Source: Bacillales bacterium UBA2450 (GTDB taxonomy: Bacteria; Bacillota_I; Bacilli_A; RFN20; CAG-826). From it: a DNA stretch of 51,088 nucleotides. Below the pieces are notes generated by a model, which saw nothing but the letters and a program-made list of their open reading frames with translations, did not search any database and was not told where the DNA came from. Below are positions 44,086-51,088 of the stretch, piece after piece; the stretch's first letter is position 1, and every line of letters begins with the position of its first letter. Location: positions 46,891-97,978 of the forward strand of contig DDQE01000013.1 of NCBI GenBank assembly GCA_002342545.1, read 5' to 3'. The translations under genes and the position numbers were made by a program.

Positions 44086-45540
44086 ATGTCAGTAATAGGA
44101 AGATCACTTGAAGAAAAAGAATTATTAAACTCCTACAATTCATCTACATCGGAGTTAGTCGCTGTATATGGCAGAAGAAGAGTTGGCAAAACATATTTAA
44201 TAGACAATACTTTTGCCGATTCATTCGACTTTAAACATACAGGATTATCCCCAATTGAATTGAATTCTTTAAAAACAAAAGATAAGAACAAAACAATATT
44301 GGAATTACAACTTCAACATTTTTACCATTCTTTAAAATTATATGGAATGAAAGAAAATAAAATTCCAAGTAACTGGTTAGAAGCATTCTTTATGTTAGAG
44401 CAACTTCTTGATTCAAAAGAAAAAAACAGGAAGCTTGTTGTCTTCATTGATGAACTTCCATGGCTAGATACCAAAAAGTCCCTTTTTATTACAAGCTTTG
44501 AATCATTCTGGAATGGTTGGGCAAATGGCAAAAATATTTTAGTTATAGTTTGCGGAAGCGCAATTTCATGGATGACAAATGCTTTAATCAACAATCATGG
44601 CGGGTTATATGGTCGTGTGACAAAGGAAATCAACGTTCTTCCATTGAACTTATCCCAATGCAAGGAATTGCTTTTAAGCAAGCATATAAATCTGTCAGAT
44701 TATGATATTGCGCAAACATATATGATTTTTGGAGGAATTCCATATTATCTAAACTATTTAAAAAGAAATCTTTCATTGTCTCAAAATGTTGATTCACTTT
44801 TCTTTGGAAATAATTCAATATTAGCAAATGAATTTGATAGATTATTTGCTTCAACCTTTAACGATGATGAATTAGCTAAAAAAGTTGTAAATGCATTATC
44901 AGAAAAGAAAATAGGATATACAAGAAATGAATTAGCAGACAAAATAAAAATATCCGATGGAGATAGGTTTTCGAAAGTTATTAATTCTCTAATAGTAAGT
45001 GGATACATTGTTAAATATAAGCCATTACAAGACAATGAGAAAAAACTATATTTTAAATTAATTGATCCATTTTGCTTGTTTTATTTATCATTTGTTAAAA
45101 ATCAAACATCACTTGATAAAAGTTTATTTTCCGCTAATGCTTCTTCTCAAAAAATTACCTCTTGGAGAGGAATTGCGTTTGAGAATGTTTGCTATAATCA
45201 TATTCCTCAACTAAAAGCAGTTTTAGGAATATCTGGTGTTGTAACCAATCACTACTCATTAGTCTATCAAAGCGATAGTGAAAAAGGAGCGCAAATAGAT
45301 TTAATATTAGAAAGAAACGATAATATAGTTCACTTGTGCGAAATTAAATTCTATTCAAATGTTTTTGTCCAAACAAAAGAAGAACACATTAAATTGTTAA
45401 ATAAATCCAATGTTTTGTCTAAGTTTATTAAACGCAAAGAGTCGATAAGAAATGTTTTAATCACAACATATGGATTAAAAGAGAATGAATACCAGTGGGA
45501 TTATGACCACGTTATAACATTAGAAGACTTAATACAATAA
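44086..45540 (+). CDS. AAA-type ATPase (archaeal-ATPase/ATPase_2-like with DUF234-like C-terminal region)
   Basis: 484 aa with Walker A GRRRVGKT and Walker B VVFIDELPWL. A GGAGGA SD is present. The family was recognised from memory. Confidence 0.8.
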   Translation: MSVIGRSLEEKELLNSYNSSTSELVAVYGRRRVGKTYLIDNTFADSFDFKHTGLSPIELNSLKTKDKNKTILELQLQHFYHSLKLYGMKENKIPSNWLEAFFMLEQLLDSKEKNRKLVVFIDELPWLDTKKSLFITSFESFWNGWANGKNILVIVCGSAISWMTNALINNHGGLYGRVTKEINVLPLNLSQCKELLLSKHINLSDYDIAQTYMIFGGIPYYLNYLKRNLSLSQNVDSLFFGNNSILANEFDRLFASTFNDDELAKKVVNALSEKKIGYTRNELADKIKISDGDRFSKVINSLIVSGYIVKYKPLQDNEKKLYFKLIDPFCLFYLSFVKNQTSLDKSLFSANASSQKITSWRGIAFENVCYNHIPQLKAVLGISGVVTNHYSLVYQSDSEKGAQIDLILERNDNIVHLCEIKFYSNVFVQTKEEHIKLLNKSNVLSKFIKRKESIRNVLITTYGLKENEYQWDYDHVITLEDLIQ

Positions 45541-45543
45541 TCT

Positions 45544-45595
45544 ACATTTTCAGCGATTTTCTTACTTTTTTATCAACTTTCCGCTGATTATGTTG
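45544..45595 (+). repeat. ATPase-cassette repeat, copy C
   Basis: ACATTTTCAGCGATTTTCTTACTTTTTTATCAACTTTCCGCTGATTATGTTG. It starts 4 nt after the ATPase stop. Confidence 0.8.
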
Positions 45596-45629
45596 GATTG
45601 AATATAATTATTTTTCGCTTTAATTTCCA

Positions 45630-45661
45630 ATACAAAACAGAAGCGGTTTTACCCACTTCTG
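45630..45661 (-). terminator. rho-independent terminator of surface protein gene B
   Basis: On the minus strand: CAGAAGTGG-GTAAAA-CCGCTTCTG then TTTTGTAT. It lies 29 nt after the stop. Confidence 0.65.
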
Positions 45662-45690
45662 TCCGTATAATATTAGTTTTAACTAATCAA

Positions 45691-48645
45691 TTATTTTTGT
45701 TTCTTCTTTTTGAAGACTAATAATGTAGTAAATGCTAAAGCACTGACCGCAGCGATAACGACAACGATAATCATTGTGTTATTATCGCTTGCAACATCAT
45801 TTAAGCCAAAGCCAACATAAGCAAATTGAACTGGAGTACGACCAGTAATGAAGTTATCTAGTCCGTATTTACCAACTAAATAATCATATCTTGCTACGGC
45901 TCTTTCAACAGCAGTACCACTTTCATCACGCTCAGCACCCATCAAAATAGATTTTTGATTGTCATATAAGGCGCTATATGAAGAAGATAATGAACTCCAA
46001 ATGGCTTCAAGAGCTTCACTATTATCAGACTTACCATCATATCCTTCGCAGATAGCATCTGTTTGACTAATGAAGTTAAGTGCAAATGTAATAGCAGATG
46101 CATTACTTCCAACTTTTTCTGGTTCAACAATTTCGTATTTATCATTGTAGTTTTGAAGTTTTCCTTTAACAACAATACGATCGCCAAGACTTAATCCTTC
46201 AACAAAGTTTGCGTATAGATCAGTATTTGTGTAAACCATGATTGATGATTCTTCATCAAGAGTCATAATATCAAACGCACGAGGATTACCATCTTTTGAA
46301 GATGTAGCAAATTCTTTAACATAACCTTCTACGTAAATCTCGTATGCGGTTGTTTTTCCGCTTTCTACACCGGAACAAATTGTATTAGCATCAGCAACTG
46401 AATAATAGTAACCGGCACCACCATTAACAACAAAATCGACAAAAGCAAATCCTTCTTTGCCACCAGCAGAAGCGGTAACGGTAACTCTAGCAACACCTAA
46501 GCCCATAGCTTCATAGGCACCAGTAGATGCATTAACACTTAAAACACTAGAGTCATCAACAGCCCAAGTAAAGGTGACACCACTAGTTTCTGAAGTAGCT
46601 GTAAACGTACCTGTGGCACCAATATCGAAGCTAGTAGATGCTGGCTCAAAAGTAACATCAACATCACCAGTCTCTGGCGCTTGAATATCTAATAAATAAC
46701 ATCCACGAGCATATTCTGGAGTGTTATTGTTGTAGTTAAGCAAGTTACCAGTAATAGTAACTGTAGCACCAACAACAATTTCAGCAGCAGTTTCTTCAGT
46801 GAAACCAGCATTTTCTAAATACTTACAGTCATATGCATATATTGAAGGGCTGGTAGTTTTGCCATCTTCCGTAATATAGAATCTAGCATTTTGATAACCA
46901 GTAGTTAAAACTTGAACGATACTACTAATTTGTCCTGTAGTAACCCATGGTCCTTCTCCACCAGACTTATTTCCGATTTCCACACATTTTGCAATACCTT
47001 CAGCAACATTGAATGGATCAGCAGCAGTACCTGCATGAGCAACTGAAACAGTAACTGATTGGGCAGGGCTACTAACAGAGTCTTCACCTAATGTTGCTGT
47101 GGCAACGACACTTGTGACACCATCAGCAGGTGTGGCAGGATTAAATGACCACTCGACACTAGAAGTCACATCTTCTTCCCAACCAGAATGATATGAAGCA
47201 TTAACAATTAAACCAGAAGCATCCCAAGATTCGGCTGTAGTATAAGAAGTTTTTGTCATTGAGCCTGAGATTTTTAATTCTTCAACCCAGCTCTTTGAAA
47301 TTTCAATTGCAGCAGAGGCTTTGTTATATCCTTCAGCTTCTGCGTAAACAACCACATTACCTGGTTTAACAGTTGTCATAGCACCAGTAGATGCAACAAT
47401 TGTTGCAACGGTGGTGTCGCTAACAGACCATGTAACACCAGAAACAGGAGTTTCTTCTTCCATAGCGGAGAAATTATGAATACCAGCAGTACTGCTCCAC
47501 AAAAGTGTAGCACCATCAGCTGGATTTCCACTTGTGTAAATAGTCATATTCTTTTTAGATGGGTCAACACTAGTCTCGTAATTAACAACAATCTTTAAAA
47601 CTTGACCATTGTATGCTGCTCCAAGTGTAAGACAGAAATATTTTGCTCCAGAAACACTTGAATTCACGAATTCATGACTATTACCACCTGTAATATTTAC
47701 AGCGCCAATACCAGAAGTTGCAGTTGTATATTCTGATGTGCCGAAAGCAATATCATATGTTGCGCTTCCAGAAGCTCCGGAATTAATAAATACTTCAATG
47801 CTAGTAATGTCGCCAGGCATTTCAGTTTGGTTAGAAACAAAAGCGCCAACACTCTTTGTCATAAAAATAGCATCATTTTGTTTTTTACATTGTAAGTAGT
47901 TCAATGTATAAGAATCGCTACCATCAGCAATGTCTACAGTCGCCATTGTTGTATTTGCGGTACGACCCAAAGTTGTGCCAATTTTATCTAAAGTAACAGC
48001 TAAAGGCTTATCTTCCCAAATAGCAAATAAGTCTAAATCAGATGCTGCAGAATCACCTTCGGCATATGCTGTTCCACTACCATTAGCAGCAGTATTCCAT
48101 TCTTTAAAGCGTTTTCCTTCAGGAGCAGTAAATGTACATGCTGAAACAGTATTTGTTGAGTCTGACATTGAACCAGATCCGCCATTAGCGTCATAGGTAA
48201 TTGTGTAAGAAACAACTGGTCCTCCGCCACTGACCGTTACAGAAAAAGTTGTAAATCTGACTTGCCCACCGCTAGCAGATAATGTAATAGACGATGCACT
48301 TCCAGTCCAAGAACTATTAGACCAAGTACCAACATTGGCAGTAAATGTGTTCTGGGAAATTGTAAAACTCATAGCAGTTATATTTCCAGAAGAACATGAA
48401 ACTGTCATGCTGTTGTTCGCATATACACGATAGTTATCAGTTCTATTGAATACTCCACTTGTTGTGGTAACAGAAACGCCATCCTTAGAAAGCGATGTAG
48501 TCCCAGAATCAGTTCCAACAGTAAATGTTACTACACTATCAGCTCTAGCCACTCTAGCCTCTTTTGAACCAACAGCAACTCCAACTCCGATTGCCATAGC
48601 TAGACCTACGCTTAACGTGGCAACCTTTGAAAAAAGTTTGTTCAT
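45691..48645 (-). CDS. membrane-anchored surface protein, paralog B (Listeria-Bacteroides repeat, Big_2-like domains, two OB-like domains)
   Basis: 984 aa with signal peptide MNKLFSKVATLSVGLAMAIGVGVAVG. It has a YTITYDANGGSG...FKEWNTAANGSG repeat and Big_2-like segments. The C-terminus is SDNNTMIIVVVIAAVSALAFTTLLVFKKKKQK. Confidence 0.8.
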   Translation of the reverse strand: MNKLFSKVATLSVGLAMAIGVGVAVGSKEARVARADSVVTFTVGTDSGTTSLSKDGVSVTTTSGVFNRTDNYRVYANNSMTVSCSSGNITAMSFTISQNTFTANVGTWSNSSWTGSASSITLSASGGQVRFTTFSVTVSGGGPVVSYTITYDANGGSGSMSDSTNTVSACTFTAPEGKRFKEWNTAANGSGTAYAEGDSAASDLDLFAIWEDKPLAVTLDKIGTTLGRTANTTMATVDIADGSDSYTLNYLQCKKQNDAIFMTKSVGAFVSNQTEMPGDITSIEVFINSGASGSATYDIAFGTSEYTTATSGIGAVNITGGNSHEFVNSSVSGAKYFCLTLGAAYNGQVLKIVVNYETSVDPSKKNMTIYTSGNPADGATLLWSSTAGIHNFSAMEEETPVSGVTWSVSDTTVATIVASTGAMTTVKPGNVVVYAEAEGYNKASAAIEISKSWVEELKISGSMTKTSYTTAESWDASGLIVNASYHSGWEEDVTSSVEWSFNPATPADGVTSVVATATLGEDSVSSPAQSVTVSVAHAGTAADPFNVAEGIAKCVEIGNKSGGEGPWVTTGQISSIVQVLTTGYQNARFYITEDGKTTSPSIYAYDCKYLENAGFTEETAAEIVVGATVTITGNLLNYNNNTPEYARGCYLLDIQAPETGDVDVTFEPASTSFDIGATGTFTATSETSGVTFTWAVDDSSVLSVNASTGAYEAMGLGVARVTVTASAGGKEGFAFVDFVVNGGAGYYYSVADANTICSGVESGKTTAYEIYVEGYVKEFATSSKDGNPRAFDIMTLDEESSIMVYTNTDLYANFVEGLSLGDRIVVKGKLQNYNDKYEIVEPEKVGSNASAITFALNFISQTDAICEGYDGKSDNSEALEAIWSSLSSSYSALYDNQKSILMGAERDESGTAVERAVARYDYLVGKYGLDNFITGRTPVQFAYVGFGLNDVASDNNTMIIVVVIAAVSALAFTTLLVFKKKKQK

Positions 48646-48661
48646 TTTTTCTTTTCCTTTC

Positions 48662-48676
48662 TGCCTTTAATAGGCA
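48662..48676 (-). promoter_or_regulatory. 5' UTR hairpin abutting the SD of paralog B
   Basis: On the minus strand: TGCCT-ATTAA-AGGCA, immediately followed by GAAAGGAAAAG and the ATG. Confidence 0.4.
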
Positions 48677-48807
48677 TAAATCAAACAAACAAAATAAATA
48701 ATCATTATTTTAAATTATTAGACTAGCATTAACATTTAGTGAGCCTAATAATCGAGATATGTTTGTTTTCTAATATATTCTACTTTATAAATATAATTTA
48801 TCAACAT

Positions 48808-48839
48808 AAAAAAGAGAACCCTATGAAAATTGGGTCCCC
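48808..48839 (-). terminator. terminator of the coiled-coil lipoprotein gene
   Basis: On the minus strand: GGGGACCC-AATTTTCATA-GGGTTCTC (two G-U pairs) then TTTTTT. Confidence 0.45.
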
Positions 48840-48860
48840 TATTTAGATTGATACTATAAA

Positions 48861-50780
48861 TTATATAAGTAATGTTGGATAATATTTTGCCCCTGTTGGT
48901 GAGACACTTGCAGGTAAATATCCGGCTTTATAAACGCCTTGATATAGTTCTAAAAATCCTTTAACTACAATAGTTGCTTCATCTAAGCCTCCATCTACTT
49001 TAGAAATGCTGCTACCGTCACTTAAATGTGCGCCTGTAACAACAAGTTGTTTACCTTCACTAGTTGGAGAACCTAAGTTACACGACCATTCTCCATATTT
49101 AGTGTTGTATTTTGAATTAGATACTTTACCAATAACGTAATATTCAACATTACCGCTGACAATGTTGCCTTCTCCATAGACATCCATCCAGTAAATAGCT
49201 TCAGCAGGAGTATAGGCTGATTCAGGAGATAAGCCGTCTCTATAGATATCCCACTCAGCTTTTAATGTGATGTCAGATCCAAAATTATATGGTTCTAAGG
49301 AATTACCATATTCATCGGTGACCTTGGTGGTGCCATAATACCATCCCGCAAAAGAATAATTGGTTCTAGTTGGTACTGGGCAAGTGAAATCTTTGCCAGT
49401 ATACACCACTCCACTTTTTTCATATGGGCTAGGAGCGCCACTATAGTTCTCATCTAAAGTAATCGTATATGCCTCTGGATATAAAATTGCTAATAAATCC
49501 ATATCACTAGTGACAACACTTCCATAAAATGACCATGCTTCAGGATTTTTACCATTTTCATCAACCGCGTACCAATTAGACGAGAAATAATATCCAGGGA
49601 ATTCAGGTAGTTCTGGTCTAGTGACTTTCTCTCCATGACTCACAACTTGAGTAGTTAACTCTACTAATTCATCATTTTGATCAAAATAGCTGAAGGTCAC
49701 AGTGTGGGTTTCTACTTCTTCTAAAACGCCCACTCTAGCGGCTAAATCATTAATTTGAGATTGATAATCAGATTGAATGTTTGCGATTGCGGTATTTAAC
49801 TCAGTTTGTAAGCTAGATAAGGAAGTTTGTAAGGTACTGATTGCAGTATTAATCTCACTAACTTCAGTCTCGTACTTATTATCAAGAGCTGTAATCTTAG
49901 CGTTATAGTCACTTTGAAGAGCAGCTTTATCAGCATTGAATTGGTTAGTTAAATTAGTGATTGCGGTAGAGTTAGCGTTAATACTAGCTTGTAAAGCAGT
50001 AACTTGTTCACTAAAGGAAGTGTTTAAAGAAGCAATACTAGCTTCTAATTCTTCTTTTAACGATGCTCTTTCACTAGCTTCTTTTGAGACTAAATCACTT
50101 ATCGCTTTTTGATAATCACTAATGACTATAGCGAGATCATTATTGTGTTTATCAGTTAAAGCAGCAATCGCATCTTTATTCGTAGATATATCGCCTTCTA
50201 ATGCTGCTACTTCAGCTTCAAAAGATTCATTAAGAGAAGTAACACTAGCGTTAAAAGCTTCTTCTAATGCTTCTCTAGCTTCTTTTTCAGAAGCGGATAA
50301 ATCACTAATAGCAGCCTCATATGCACTTGTGACATCTAAAATATCTTGCGCGTGTTTATTAGTTAGATTAGTGATTGCTGTCTTATTAGCCTCAATTTCA
50401 GTATTTAATTCACTAACACTTGTATTGAATGCAGTAGTTAAGTTAGTGAGTTTACTATTATAATCTGCTTCTATATCCGCTTTATCTTTATTGTGTTTAG
50501 CTTCTAAAGCGTCTAAATCATCTTCTAAGCCTTTGATATCAATATTCACTTTATCAATCTTAGCTTGATAATCACTTTTAACTGCTTCAATAGATTCGCT
50601 CATCTCTCCTTTTAAGGTAGTGATTTGAGTTTTAATTCCTTTGATCTCTTCTTTAACTTCATCAAGCTGAGTTTGGAAATCATTTTTTAAATTCGCAATC
50701 TCATCTTCATTACATCCAGTTAAAGAAGTAATCGCAAATAATGATGAAAATATCGCTATTGGTAATAGTTTTTTACGCAT
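48861..50780 (-). CDS. lipoprotein with a long repetitive coiled-coil, two Listeria-Bacteroides repeats and a C-terminal OB-like domain
   Basis: The lipobox is LTGC. It has ~68-aa periodic repeats (ANKTAITNLTNKH.../TNKDAIAALTDKH.../ANSTAITNLTNQF...). It also has ...FPGYYFSSNWY... and ...YSFAGWYYG... repeats. Confidence 0.8.
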   Translation of the reverse strand: MRKKLLPIAIFSSLFAITSLTGCNEDEIANLKNDFQTQLDEVKEEIKGIKTQITTLKGEMSESIEAVKSDYQAKIDKVNIDIKGLEDDLDALEAKHNKDKADIEADYNSKLTNLTTAFNTSVSELNTEIEANKTAITNLTNKHAQDILDVTSAYEAAISDLSASEKEAREALEEAFNASVTSLNESFEAEVAALEGDISTNKDAIAALTDKHNNDLAIVISDYQKAISDLVSKEASERASLKEELEASIASLNTSFSEQVTALQASINANSTAITNLTNQFNADKAALQSDYNAKITALDNKYETEVSEINTAISTLQTSLSSLQTELNTAIANIQSDYQSQINDLAARVGVLEEVETHTVTFSYFDQNDELVELTTQVVSHGEKVTRPELPEFPGYYFSSNWYAVDENGKNPEAWSFYGSVVTSDMDLLAILYPEAYTITLDENYSGAPSPYEKSGVVYTGKDFTCPVPTRTNYSFAGWYYGTTKVTDEYGNSLEPYNFGSDITLKAEWDIYRDGLSPESAYTPAEAIYWMDVYGEGNIVSGNVEYYVIGKVSNSKYNTKYGEWSCNLGSPTSEGKQLVVTGAHLSDGSSISKVDGGLDEATIVVKGFLELYQGVYKAGYLPASVSPTGAKYYPTLLI

Positions 50781-50935
50781 ATATATTGTCCCCCTATTAT
50801 CCTTATTAATTATATTTTATTTATAGGGACATTGACAATTATCTTAGTCCTAAGCTTAATGGCACGATAAAGAACTTAACTGGTGGGTTTTTTATATTAA
50901 GGATTTATTCTATAATTTAAGTAAGGAATTTATTT

Positions 50936-51088
50936 ATGAGCTATACAAAAGATGACATCCACGAGATTGTGGAGAAACAAAGACAATTTTTTAATACTGG
51001 AATTACTTTAGATGTTAAATATCGAAAAGAACAATTAAAGAAACTTAAAAAGATGCTTAAGGATAATCAAGAAAAGATTATTGAAGCA
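50936..51088 (+). CDS. aldehyde dehydrogenase (class 3-like), N-terminal 51 aa; runs off window
   Basis: MSYTKDDIHEIVEKQRQFFNTGITLDVKYRKEQLKKLKKMLKDNQEKIIEA matches the typical ALDH3-type N-terminus. TAAGGAA SD and TATAAT at 50911-50916 lie upstream. Confidence 0.7.
   Translation, partial: MSYTKDDIHEIVEKQRQFFNTGITLDVKYRKEQLKKLKKMLKDNQEKIIEA

Noticed and set aside
43929-45595. Could the 52-nt repeats be a CRISPR array or a tRNA-like element?
   Set aside because: There are only three copies. Two are adjacent and one is 1.5 kb away across a protein gene, with no regular spacer periodicity. There are no cas genes in the window and no cloverleaf.
50787-50831. An inverted repeat, TGTCCCCCTAT ... 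ATAGGGACA, that would pair with the AGGGGG SD of the coiled-coil lipoprotein mRNA (possible RBS-sequestering switch).
   Set aside because: The stem is only 3+3+3 bp with a 2-nt bulge and a 25-nt AU-rich loop. The promoter position is unknown, so it is not clear that the upstream arm is transcribed. This is too weak to claim.

Overview
This 51 kb window is low-GC (about 30 percent by eye) bacterial chromosome. It reads with the standard code: TGA terminates queH and Trp is TGG. AGGAGG-type SD sites are common and many genes are coupled by TAATG/ATGA overlaps. Every large extracellular protein ends in a hydrophobic helix plus a Lys/Arg tail with no LPXTG. Together with the gene content, this suggests a wall-less Mollicute of the Acholeplasma type or a close low-GC relative (inference only).

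Layout:
(1) 1-780: start of the S10 ribosomal operon (rpsJ, rplC) with a GC-rich leader.
(2) ~880-2930: an IS200/IS605 element (tnpA, tnpB, omega-RNA region) abutting the queH stop.
(3) 2913-7179: the queH-queA-tgt-prs operon, headed by a leaderless kinase-like ORF.
(4) 7344-15823: housekeeping and nucleotide metabolism. This holds pepT, anaerobic RNR nrdD with a fused redoxin domain, an atypical TrxR-like flavoprotein, nrdG, dCMP deaminase, folD, nucleoside hydrolase and ribokinase.
(5) 15826-22200: a small accessory patch. It holds a DUF4160/DUF2442-HTH pair, a membrane-anchored endonuclease I coupled to a GT2, and an ORF6N-PLD-like gene coupled to an HTH-nucleotidyltransferase. The last pair is preceded by a tandem array of 5' gene-segment copies.
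(6) 22301-40935: a ~19 kb single-strand fructan utilisation locus. It has three GH32 enzymes in three cellular locations, an ABC importer, a LacI regulator with palindromic operators, a fructokinase, and two surface proteins built from an unassigned repeated module.
(7) 41016-50780: two paralogous anchored surface proteins with conserved ends and divergent cores. They bracket an AAA ATPase cassette flanked by 52-nt direct repeats, and are followed by a coiled-coil lipoprotein.
(8) 50936-end: start of an aldehyde dehydrogenase.

No rRNA, tRNA or CRISPR array was seen.

Best candidates for something undescribed:
- the ORF6N-PLD-like / HTH-MNT module with its tandem decoy array
- the repeat-flanked ATPase cassette between the variable surface-protein paralogs
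- the NrdD-redoxin fusion with an NADPH-motif-less TrxR
- the unassigned ~200-aa module repeated six times in the fructan locus

All family assignments come from motif recognition by eye; no searches were run.
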